Below, piece by piece: positions 30,521 to 37,908 of a DNA stretch of 37,908 bases. The translations under genes and the position numbers were made by a program. The DNA lies in IMG/VR virus record IMGVR_UViG_3300028024_000002, positions 1 through 37,908 of that record. One strand, written 5' to 3'. Origin of the DNA: a virus. Within the stretch, counting starts at the first letter, position 1, and the number at the start of each line of letters is the position of its first letter. The notes under the pieces were generated by a model. The model saw only the letters and a list, made by a program, of their open reading frames with translations, was not told the origin of the DNA and did not search any database.

Positions 30521-32126
30521 AGGCTTGCCTCTCGCCGTAATGTTGCTGGGAACTCTCAGGATAGTCCTCGTCATAGGCGCGCGTTTGCCTTGGGGCTTCG
30601 CTGCTCCGCGCATCGCGCCCCATTGCCGCCCGATATTCACCGCCGCCGAGTAGCCCGTATTGCAGGGCATCGTGGACGTGGCTGAATTCGTTTTTGTCCG
30701 GCAGGTCGCTGAATTTCTCGCCGTCCGCCGCCTTGATGCGCTTGAAGCGATAGCCGGAGTTGAAGCCCTTGCGCAGCACTTTGCAGGTGGGAGAGATCAG
30801 CAGGCCAGGCTGGCCATCGATCAGCCGGGACAGTGGCAGCCGGACCGCCTCCAACCGCGGCGTGAGGGAGTTGCTGGGCGCTTGGCGGAACGGGATGCGC
30901 GTGCGGGATCCCATGATCTGCAGCCAGTTCTGCTCATCGGTCGGCGATCGCGCGCTGGCCGACGGGTCGCCATAGGCTTCGACCGCGCCCTCGTCAGCAC
31001 GCAGCCAGTCGATGCCGCCGGTCCCGCCGCTCGCCCATGCGCGATACCGGGAGGCGAGCAAGGCCGTCAGGAGCTCACTGAATTTCATCGCGCCCATGCC
31101 AGTCGCTGGTGCGATCAGCTCGTCCAGCGCGCGCCATTGCCCATTGGGCATCCGCTGCAGGATGACGATCGCCGGCGTGAGGCCCGCATCGGCGCCGATG
31201 TAGAGCTTCAGACCACGCACTGGCTCCAGGGGTTCCGGCGACACATGGAGCTCGTCATTGAATTCCTCGTAAACCGGCTGGCCGTCGCGGCTGGCGCCCC
31301 ACTGGTTCAGCACCATGCGGCGGATGTACCAGGCCGGTTGCCCAAAGATCTGCTGACCGTAATAGCCATTGACCAGGTTCTTCAGGTTCTCCGCTGCCGG
31401 GTTCACCACGTAGCGGCCGCCCGGCATCTTGATCATGGCGCCCGGCTGCTGGAAGAAGGCGAGCGGCGGCTGGCCACCGATATCGATCCCGAGCTCGTCC
31501 AGCATCTCCTGCGTCACGGGATTTTCCACGAGCTCGTCATACAGCCAGTGCTCGGTATCCGGCGCGTTGAAGTCCAGCCAGACGCCGCGCCACGATGCAC
31601 CGGCAAAACCCGCGCCGGCATCGACGGCGGGATAGCGGCCCACGCGACCGCGAACATATGTCAGCGTCTCACGCGCCTGCTTGTCTGCCTCGTTCATGTA
31701 GGCGCCGGTGCCTTCCCAGCCCGGCATGACATCGGCGGCGCTGTTGTCGCCGAGGCCGATGAATTCGACGATGATCTCCGCAGTCGTTTCGTCCGGCAGC
31801 TTGAACTCGACCGTATGCGTCGCCGGCGATCCGGCCGAGCCACCGACGAAACGACCGAAGCTTTCCGGGACCCACTTCTTCCAGCTGGGGATCGTCGTCT
31901 TCTCAAGCTGGCGGTAGGTGTCGCGGATGACCGCGAATTTCGTTCGCCGAACCCGGTCGCGCGGATGCGGTGCCTGGCGCATGCCGCGATACAGCATGTC
32001 CATCAGGCAACCGCCTGTCTTGCCGGAACCCACCGGCCCCATGATGCCGCGGATGAAAGCATCGGATGCCAGGAAGCGAGCGGCCACCGGACCCGACGGC
32101 GCATAGGCCATGAAGGGCGCACTCAT
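30510..32126 (-). CDS. terL: Terminase large subunit
   Basis: Walker A is MGPVGSGKTGG. The size is 538 aa from the ATG at 32126, which is preceded by GGGGGGAGG. A C-terminal nuclease-sized region is present. Confidence 0.85.
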   Translation of the reverse strand: MSAPFMAYAPSGPVAARFLASDAFIRGIMGPVGSGKTGGCLMDMLYRGMRQAPHPRDRVRRTKFAVIRDTYRQLEKTTIPSWKKWVPESFGRFVGGSAGSPATHTVEFKLPDETTAEIIVEFIGLGDNSAADVMPGWEGTGAYMNEADKQARETLTYVRGRVGRYPAVDAGAGFAGASWRGVWLDFNAPDTEHWLYDELVENPVTQEMLDELGIDIGGQPPLAFFQQPGAMIKMPGGRYVVNPAAENLKNLVNGYYGQQIFGQPAWYIRRMVLNQWGASRDGQPVYEEFNDELHVSPEPLEPVRGLKLYIGADAGLTPAIVILQRMPNGQWRALDELIAPATGMGAMKFSELLTALLASRYRAWASGGTGGIDWLRADEGAVEAYGDPSASARSPTDEQNWLQIMGSRTRIPFRQAPSNSLTPRLEAVRLPLSRLIDGQPGLLISPTCKVLRKGFNSGYRFKRIKAADGEKFSDLPDKNEFSHVHDALQYGLLGGGEYRAAMGRDARSSEAPRQTRAYDEDYPESSQQHYGERQAYAD

Positions 32127-32362
32127 GCCTCCCCCCCGCTCGACCTGGAACCCGCGCCCTGACCCGCTCCCCGGCCCCGGGGGTGTCCCGCGGATCCAAT
32201 CGCCCAAAATTTCGGGACAGCGCGTTCCCTGGGGGCGGGCAAAGGGTCAGGCTCGGCTTGGGGGGTGCCGGCCTCCGACGCGCCGGTCCAGGCCGCGGCG
32301 ATCACGACCGGCCCGGCTGCCGCCTGGATCCCGCGCGAGTGCAGCAGCTGGTCGCCGCTCAT
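32123..32362 (-). CDS. Hypothetical protein between terS and terL
   Basis: 79 aa. ATGA overlaps occur at both ends. GC3 is high in the first half. Confidence 0.45.
   Translation of the reverse strand: MSGDQLLHSRGIQAAAGPVVIAAAWTGASEAGTPQAEPDPLPAPRERAVPKFWAIGSAGHPRGRGAGQGAGSRSSGGEA
32208..32219 (+). promoter_or_regulatory. Inverted copy of the 12-mer AATTTCGGGACA, forming a TGTCCCG...CGGGACA inverted repeat with 32184-32190
   Basis: It is an exact 12-mer, on the opposite strand relative to the pair at 30318-30351. Confidence 0.5.
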
Positions 32363-33024
32363 TCGCCACCGTCCCGCTGATCCGCAATCAGCGGCTCGCT
32401 AGCCGCAACCGCTTGATCTGCCTGCGCTTTCGGCTCGCTGTCCAACTGCGGCTGTCCAACTGTGGCCTGATCGATCAGGCTAACTTCTTGATTTTGCTTG
32501 CTTCCCGGAATGACCTCGACGGCGGACAGATCCATCACCTGGCCGTCGACGCCACCGCCCGCCATCATCACGAATAGCCGCGGATCCACGAGGTTCAGCG
32601 TCGGCAGGTCGCCCCTGACGGCGATCTCCACCGGCATCTTGCCGTGCAGGTACGGCGCCAGCTCGGCCGCCGCCTTCACCTGCAGGCCATAGGCGTCCAG
32701 CTTGTTGCAGCCGAGCTCGCCAGCCAGGTCGGCCACCGGCCGGCTGTACGTCTCCGCCAGCATCTCCAGCGGCGATCGGTACTTGGACAGCAGGTAGCGC
32801 GCCCAATCGGTGGTGCGCTTGTTCGGCGCGCCTGCCGGCCGCCCTGGCCCGTTGCGTGGCGCCTGCAGGACCGCTTGGCGCTGCGTGCGATCGAGCGGCA
32901 GCTGGTCGACCTGATCTGCCGGCAGCAGCGGCAGCTGCAGCGCCGGCGAGGCCGGCGCATCGGCACCATCGGCGGTCGCCGCGACGGCCGACGCGAGGCC
33001 GGCGGAGAAATCGTCGCCAGCCAT
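32359..33024 (-). CDS. terS: Putative terminase small subunit
   Basis: 221 aa from the ATG at 33024 (the track uses TTG at 33027). It is the first gene of the packaging operon. The motif is GRPAGAPNKRTTDWARYLL. Confidence 0.55.
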   Translation of the reverse strand: MAGDDFSAGLASAVAATADGADAPASPALQLPLLPADQVDQLPLDRTQRQAVLQAPRNGPGRPAGAPNKRTTDWARYLLSKYRSPLEMLAETYSRPVADLAGELGCNKLDAYGLQVKAAAELAPYLHGKMPVEIAVRGDLPTLNLVDPRLFVMMAGGGVDGQVMDLSAVEVIPGSKQNQEVSLIDQATVGQPQLDSEPKAQADQAVAASEPLIADQRDGGE

Positions 33025-33034
33025 CAATATCCGC

Positions 33035-33298
33035 CCAATATTTTATTGGTTAGGCGCCGCGTTAGGTCGCGGTTAGGCGCCGAGCGATCACCAAGCCATT
33101 GAAAGAGAGCCATCTATTTCCCTCTATCTATTAAACCTAACGAACTAACCATCTAACTACTTGTCTGCCCTGATGCGTGCGCGTGTGTGCGTGTGCATAA
33201 AAGGGAGACTTGGTTAGGCGGTTAGACGGTTAGCCCCGCTGCATCCCTTTGATGCGACACACAAACCGCCTAACCGAATTCCTAACCATGGCCTAACC
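33035..33298. repeat. Iteron field: 12 GGTTAG(G/A/C)C-type repeats in four triplets, plus an AT-rich segment and an alternating purine-pyrimidine tract
   Basis: Direct copies are at 33048, 33061 and 33071. Inverted copies (CTAAC) are at 33137, 33145 and 33153. Tandem direct copies are at 33212, 33220 and 33228. Inverted copies (CTAACC) are at 33270, 33282 and 33293. Further copies are at 33389 and 33534. The palindrome CCAATA-TTT-TATTGG is at 33035-33049. Confidence 0.7.
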
Positions 33299-33390
33299 AC
33301 CCGCACCCGGTGACGCCGAGGCGCCAATCGCCGGCCGCGTTTCATGCCGGCTACGCCACTGGGTCGGGGTCAGGGACAACAAGGCCATGG

Positions 33391-35355
33391 TTAGAGCGCT
33401 CCCGGGCCAGGGTCGGGGCGATCGCCGGCATCGGATCGTGCGGCGTCGGCCGCGCTCCGGTCCCTCGCCTCGACGACCTCATACACTTGCGCAGCACCGA
33501 GGGCCGGCGAGGAACCTGCGGCCGACCCGTCTTGGTTAGGCGGGCTTCCGCCCGCTGGCAGGCAAACGGAGAGGGGCAGAAGGGTCGCCTTCGAGGTGCA
33601 GCCGAACCACAGAGCCTTGGTCGGCACGCGATGCGGCAAGCGGCGTAGCGACTGCACCCAGACGCCTTGAGCACCAGGCCGTGCGCCCCACTGCGTCCCC
33701 TCGAATAGCTTTGCGAGGCCGCGGTGGACGTTGGCAACGGCAAGCCAGGGATCGCCCTCGACCTGAACGATCTTGAGGCCGACCTCCTGCAGGATCTTGT
33801 TTGCATTCTCGCGGCGATCGGCATCCAGGCCATCCTCTTTGCCGGCGACGCGGCCGATCCAGCGGCCGATCGGATAGCGCTGGCGATCGTGCGGGTTCTC
33901 CAACACGGTCGAGAGCAGATACCCAAGGCAGGATTTCTCGTCAGTGAGATCGCTTTCGATCTCCGCCAGGGTCGAGGCCTGCAGCTTCTTCTGCCACGCT
34001 TCGAGGCTGTCGCTGTCGGGCTCGTGGTCGTAGAGCAACAGATCTGCCATCGCGAGGAGCGTGCCGAAAACGTCCTGGCCGCGCGCACTATGGCCGGCCT
34101 GCCCCATCGCTGCGCGATATGCTTCGATCGTCGCCGGCGCGCGGTGCCAGTTGTCGACCAGGCGCCGCAGCAGCTTGGCGCCGAGATCGCCCATGCGCCT
34201 CGGCGTCACCACCGGCGGCGCTTGGTCTGTCTTCAGCTGGTCGAGCTCCAGGATCGCCATGCGGCTGCGATCCTGCGGCAACAGCGGCGGGATCAGGATC
34301 GAGGTGAACAGGAAGCACGAGCGCACGGTGAACTGTGCGGCCTCGTGGTCCTGCCCGCCACGGATCGCGAGCGATCCGCTGGCCGCATCACGCGCCAGCT
34401 TGATCAGCTGGCCCATTTTGCGATTGTCTTCCTCGGCCTCAGCCTCATCGATCGCGACGGGCAAAGAAGCGTGCTTGAGGATCTGCCGGACAGCCGCCGC
34501 CGTTGCATCGCTCGTCTGCAGCATGCCGTTGTCACCGAAGATCCATTGCACGGCCTTCTGCAGGCTGGACTTGCCGGTACCGAAGCCGCCGGTTGTCCAG
34601 GCGAGCGCGCGCCAGGGGCTGGCGCCGCCGGCCATGGCATTGCCGATCCAGCCGAGCAACAGATAAGGGTCGATGTCCTTGCGGCGCCAGTTCCAGGTCT
34701 TGAAGATGTCCAGCACTTCATCGGCGGGCGATTTCTTGCCACCCGCCATGGGCTGGGGTTCGGGATGAGGCCGCAGGCTGGGGCTCGCAGTGGGATACAC
34801 CATCTTGCCAACCAAGCCGGGATCGCGCTCTTGCCACCAACGACCGGGAGCAGGCTTGCCATCGGCTGGGACGATGATCAGCCGGTCGCCAGCATGAAGG
34901 ATCAGCTCCCCGTCCGGACCGGCCCAGGCGCCGGCGCCACGCACGCGCTCTTGCGGCGACCAGACGCCACACACCGCGGCGGTCGCCATCAGATTTTCGG
35001 CCGCGAGCTCCGGCTTCCAACCGGTGACGTACCACTTGTTTTCGTCCTCATCGAACTTCTTGCGCGGCCAGAAGTCGTAGAGCAGTTCGGTGCGCCGGCC
35101 GAACAGCGATTGCACGTTGAGGCGGCTATGATCCTTCGCCTTCAGCACGCGAAGCTGGCCGAGTTGATCGAGATAGAAAAACAGCTCGTTGCTGACGCCG
35201 AGCGGGACAACCGGGCACGTCGGCGGCAATTCCGGGTCTTTCGCCTTTGGCTCCCCTGGCGCGCCTTCGTTGTCCGCCGGCGGCGCCTCGCGCGTGATCT
35301 CCTCTGCGTTGTCGTGCATGGAGCGCAGCTGATCGATGCCATCGGGGCCGCTCAT
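33391..35355 (-). CDS. SF3-type replicative helicase (P4-alpha/DUF927-like)
   Basis: 654 aa. Walker A is TTGGFGTGKSS and Walker B is LPVAIDEAEAE. Confidence 0.75.
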   Translation of the reverse strand: MSGPDGIDQLRSMHDNAEEITREAPPADNEGAPGEPKAKDPELPPTCPVVPLGVSNELFFYLDQLGQLRVLKAKDHSRLNVQSLFGRRTELLYDFWPRKKFDEDENKWYVTGWKPELAAENLMATAAVCGVWSPQERVRGAGAWAGPDGELILHAGDRLIIVPADGKPAPGRWWQERDPGLVGKMVYPTASPSLRPHPEPQPMAGGKKSPADEVLDIFKTWNWRRKDIDPYLLLGWIGNAMAGGASPWRALAWTTGGFGTGKSSLQKAVQWIFGDNGMLQTSDATAAAVRQILKHASLPVAIDEAEAEEDNRKMGQLIKLARDAASGSLAIRGGQDHEAAQFTVRSCFLFTSILIPPLLPQDRSRMAILELDQLKTDQAPPVVTPRRMGDLGAKLLRRLVDNWHRAPATIEAYRAAMGQAGHSARGQDVFGTLLAMADLLLYDHEPDSDSLEAWQKKLQASTLAEIESDLTDEKSCLGYLLSTVLENPHDRQRYPIGRWIGRVAGKEDGLDADRRENANKILQEVGLKIVQVEGDPWLAVANVHRGLAKLFEGTQWGARPGAQGVWVQSLRRLPHRVPTKALWFGCTSKATLLPLSVCLPAGGSPPNQDGSAAGSSPALGAAQVYEVVEARDRSAADAARSDAGDRPDPGPGAL

Positions 35356-35729
35356 GACCGGCCTGCCTTACGGTCGAGACGTTCGATTTCAGCGATGATG
35401 AGGGCGCCGGCACGCACCAGGTCGCGTCGGCGATCCTTGGGCTTGAGCCAACGAGGAGCCCATGGCCACATCTGCACAACGATCGACGTGAAACCGCGCA
35501 TGATCCCATACACCGCGCCGCGATGCGCTTCGCGTTCATCCTCCGTTGGCAGCGATGCCATGTAGGCATACGAGGCGGCGGCCCTAGCCATCTCGCCGGC
35601 GGAGTGGCTGTCGTCATGGCTGATATCCCAGCCTTCTCGACGGATCTGCCCGTACCGCTCTTCGAGCAATTCCGACGCGATCGATAAGCTCACCCCCTGT
35701 TGCTCGTCTGGGATGTTATCGGGCTTCAT
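35352..35729 (-). CDS. Conserved hypothetical protein between the primase and helicase genes
   Basis: 125 aa. ATGA overlaps occur at both ends. The motif is GWDISHDDSHSAGEMARAAASYA...WPWAPRWLKPKDRRRDLVRAGALIIAEIERL. Confidence 0.55.
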   Translation of the reverse strand: MKPDNIPDEQQGVSLSIASELLEERYGQIRREGWDISHDDSHSAGEMARAAASYAYMASLPTEDEREAHRGAVYGIMRGFTSIVVQMWPWAPRWLKPKDRRRDLVRAGALIIAEIERLDRKAGRS

Positions 35730-36871
35730 ACACTCCCCCTACTCTGCTGGTCTTGCTGCGCCATCGACGCCAGCTGCATCACCTCATTCGGGTCCTTGAC
35801 GCCCTGCGGCGGCACGGCGATCCGGACGCGCTTGCCCTGGTTCAGCTGGTTGTCGATGACACGACGGAAATCGAGATCGGCTTGACTGCCGGGTTCATCG
35901 TTCTGTTTCCAAAAGCGCACGCCCTCGACCTGGTCCGGGAAGCGCAGGCCCCCCATGTTCGAGATCGAGACGCCGGCACCGACACGCAGCTCCGGCATGG
36001 CGATCGCCACCGACAGCGCATCCTCGATGCCTTCGGTCACATCGATCCACACACCCGACTTGCACTCGCGCAGCTTCCGGCCCGGCTTGATCTCGCCCGT
36101 CTCCGGCTCTACGCGAAAGCCATTCCAGAGACGGATCAGTCCGCCGCGATAGGCGCCATAGGCCATCTTCGGCTTCTCAAGCGGCGCCTTGGTGACGCGG
36201 CCGCCATTGTGTTCCTGCAGCCAGGTGCGATGCACGCCCAGGAATGCCCCATCCATACCGACGATCGGCGCCAGCATTGCCGGCCACTTGATGCCGCTTT
36301 CCTTGTTCCAGAGACCCGGATGGAAACGCAGCGCCCGCAGCGGGAATGGCAGGCCGCGCACATTGAGGCCGCGGCCGAGGAGGTATTGCTCGACCGGCGA
36401 GCCCAGGACCTCGGCCTGCGCTGCGAGGTACATACGATGCGCGTCGCCGCGTTTCTTGGCCGCTTCCTTCTCGGCGTCTTCGTCGCGCCGTTCCTGCTGC
36501 TCGACCGCCCGTCTGGTCTTCTTCAGGCTGTCGGGATCCGTGCCATCAAGGCCGAGCCAGCCGCGCGCCCATTTGAGCGCCTGGACATTGTCGCCGTTGA
36601 ACCACAGCGCCGCGGTGAAAGACAGCGGAGTCCAGGCGCGGCGATCGCCGCCAAAATCCTTGACCAGGCCCTTGAATTGCCCGTCGATCGCGACACGGAA
36701 GCTGCCGAGATGGCGATCGTTGCGCAACGGATTGAAGGCGACGAAATCAGTGCCGTCGACGTGGCCGCGAAGCTCCCATTTCTCGACGAGCTCACGGATG
36801 CGGCCGCGCATCATGTCGGAGATCTGGTCGACCGAGTGAAGATGATTGCGCGCCTCCTTCATGCGGCTCAT
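35726..36871 (-). CDS. Toprim-domain DNA primase
   Basis: 381 aa from the ATG at 36871 (ATGA coupling). The Toprim Glu context is VWIDVTEGIEDALSVA and the acidic motif is WKQNDEPGSQAD. Confidence 0.7.
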   Translation of the reverse strand: MSRMKEARNHLHSVDQISDMMRGRIRELVEKWELRGHVDGTDFVAFNPLRNDRHLGSFRVAIDGQFKGLVKDFGGDRRAWTPLSFTAALWFNGDNVQALKWARGWLGLDGTDPDSLKKTRRAVEQQERRDEDAEKEAAKKRGDAHRMYLAAQAEVLGSPVEQYLLGRGLNVRGLPFPLRALRFHPGLWNKESGIKWPAMLAPIVGMDGAFLGVHRTWLQEHNGGRVTKAPLEKPKMAYGAYRGGLIRLWNGFRVEPETGEIKPGRKLRECKSGVWIDVTEGIEDALSVAIAMPELRVGAGVSISNMGGLRFPDQVEGVRFWKQNDEPGSQADLDFRRVIDNQLNQGKRVRIAVPPQGVKDPNEVMQLASMAQQDQQSRGSV

Positions 36872-37173
36872 AGACGAGCCTCCAGGCCGCAAGCCTTCAG
36901 TGCGCGGTAGAGCAGATCATAAACGCCGCGCTTCTGCCGATGATGGCCCTCGACGCCGACGACCATGATCTCTTCGTCTTCGTGACCGACCTGCACGCGG
37001 CCCTTGCGCCATGCCGCCTTGAGCGATCCTGCGAACGGTGGCGTCTTCTTCAACACCACCACGTAGTCGCCGAGTTCTAGCGTGCCGCCGACATTCGCGA
37101 TCTCGATCATACCGATCGTTCGCGCCTTGCTCTCGTCACCACCTGGTAGAAGGTCGATCGTGCAACGTATCAT
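36868..37173 (-). CDS. Hypothetical protein
   Basis: 101 aa from the internal ATG at 37173 (RBS GAGG). The upstream part of the track ORF reads as off-frame shadow. Confidence 0.5.
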   Translation of the reverse strand: MIRCTIDLLPGGDESKARTIGMIEIANVGGTLELGDYVVVLKKTPPFAGSLKAAWRKGRVQVGHEDEEIMVVGVEGHHRQKRGVYDLLYRALKACGLEARL

Positions 37174-37177
37174 CGCC

Positions 37178-37516
37178 TCACCGCAGATCAGCACGCGACA
37201 TCCAGGCGTGCTCGCCGCCGATGCCAAGGGTTGCGATTGCTTCGTCGAGCTGCGACCCGACCTTGTCTTGCCGCACCACGGATAGGACCTCATCAACGCC
37301 GGCACGGGAGGCAGGCAAGTCGAGGCGGGACGCCTGCAGTGCCCGATGGCACGCCACCAGCAGCTGCTGATCGTGCCGGCCCGGCAAATCCGTCGGCTTG
37401 GTGGCGTCGACCGCATTGCGAAGGCGCAGAAGATCGCGGTCGCTGGTGTCCGCAGATCCGTGCGCGAAATAGAACGCCGCAAGCATCAACTCGGTACGAG
37501 GTGTGAGCCTGGTCAT
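37178..37516 (-). CDS. Hypothetical protein
   Basis: 112 aa from the internal ATG at 37516, which forms an ATGA overlap with the upstream stop. Confidence 0.5.
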   Translation of the reverse strand: MTRLTPRTELMLAAFYFAHGSADTSDRDLLRLRNAVDATKPTDLPGRHDQQLLVACHRALQASRLDLPASRAGVDEVLSVVRQDKVGSQLDEAIATLGIGGEHAWMSRADLR

Positions 37517-37746
37517 CGCTGCACCGCCTTGCACTCCAGCGCCAAGTTCAGCAGCTGCTGCGCGTACCAGATCGCCTTGTCCGGACTGATGCCCTTGAGA
37601 AGCAGCTTGCCGTCGCACGACAACAGACACTCGATGCTGCCGCCGTCTTCGGCGCGGCGCGGATACAGATACCCGGGCGAGACGATCGGACCGGAACCAC
37701 GAACGCCGTTCGCATCATTCACCAGCTGCAGCTGCGGCTCAGCCAT
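37513..37746 (-). CDS. Hypothetical protein
   Basis: 77 aa in the early operon. Confidence 0.55.
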   Translation of the reverse strand: MAEPQLQLVNDANGVRGSGPIVSPGYLYPRRAEDGGSIECLLSCDGKLLLKGISPDKAIWYAQQLLNLALECKAVQR

Positions 37747-37855
37747 TTGCCTGCCTCCGCTCTTGCCGCCGGCGAAGATGCGCCGCCAACCACAACCCGA
37801 AATGGAGGGCTAGGTTAGCGACGGCCAGCAGCGCCCGATCGGTGACCAGCTGCAT
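37739..37855 (-). CDS. Unlisted 38-codon ORF encoding a small hydrophobic-then-basic peptide (MQLVTDRALLAVANLALHFGLWLAAHLRRRQERRQANG)
   Basis: The ATG at 37855 (equivalent to position 74) has GGAGA 6 nt upstream. Only 2 nt separate it from the stop of the CDS at 77-565. Its own stop overlaps the downstream ATG by 8 nt. GC3 is about 79% by my count. It is below the 60-aa cutoff of the track. Confidence 0.45.
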   Translation of the reverse strand: MQLVTDRALLAVANLALHFGLWLAAHLRRRQERRQANG

Positions 37856-37908
37856 GCTCAGTCTCCGATCCGCAGCTGTGCGAGCTCGTCTTTCAGGTGC
37901 TGCAGCTT
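37782..37908. repeat. Right copy of the 127-bp terminal direct repeat
   Basis: Identical to 1-127. The segment 37858-37908 duplicates the C-terminal codons of the CDS at 77-565. Confidence 0.95.

Larger units (their letters stand above)
1..37781. mobile_element. Complete circular temperate phage genome (podovirus-like gene order), unit length 37,781 bp
   Basis: Exact 127-bp overlap of the two window ends. Complete modules are present for lysogeny (int, xis-like, repressors, attP), replication, packaging, head, tail, ejection and lysis. Confidence 0.8.

Noticed and set aside
33048-33298. The GGTTAG repeats as a CRISPR array or as telomere-like repeats (GGTTAG is a permutation of TTAGGG).
   Set aside because: The repeats are only 6-9 bp long, occur in both orientations, and have no unique spacers of CRISPR size. 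They are not a long tandem tract at a linear end. An iteron or protein-binding array is the better description.

Overview
The window is one circularly closed genome. The first 127 bp are repeated exactly at 37782-37908, giving a unit length of 37,781 bp. It looks like a temperate podovirus with T7/BPP-1-like gene order from a high-GC host. An alphaproteobacterial host is my inference from the flavour of the regulators, not a search result.

Plus-strand block (1033-8293):
- CI-like XRE repressor and a lipoprotein moron.
- A second XRE regulator and an orphan ParB/CTP-switch-like protein.
- Translationally coupled small ORFs, an excisionase-like HTH and a tyrosine integrase.
- A two-gene cargo cassette.

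An attP region follows at 8294-8580. Its core is a 46-nt copy of the 3' half of a tRNA-Thr(CGU).

Minus strand (everything else), in transcription order:
- Cro-like early operon, then Toprim primase and an SF3/DUF927-type helicase.
- A 360-bp non-coding GGTTAG iteron field.
- TerS, TerL, portal, scaffold, major capsid and tubular tail proteins A and B.
- A GNAT acetyltransferase in the T7 gp13 slot.
- Four internal-virion (ejection) proteins, then the tail fibre.
- A lysis block: two membrane proteins, a signal/SAR-like SLT endolysin, overlapped spanins and one more membrane protein.

Observations most worth follow-up:
1. A reading-frame anomaly or embedded ORF (17716-17916) inside the 1045-aa ejection-protein gene. 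That protein also carries a zeta-toxin-like P-loop kinase domain.
2. A duplicated promoter/operator module (TTGACG-N17-ATACTT with a GTATCTT-N3-AAGATAC palindrome) that ties the immunity switch to a distant XRE-ParB-xis-int operon.
3. An exact 12-mer, AATTTCGGGACA, found four times: flanking terL and upstream of int.
4. The iteron/AT-rich/alternating purine-pyrimidine region, which may be an ori or a pac site.

All domain calls come from motif recognition by eye. No database search was possible.
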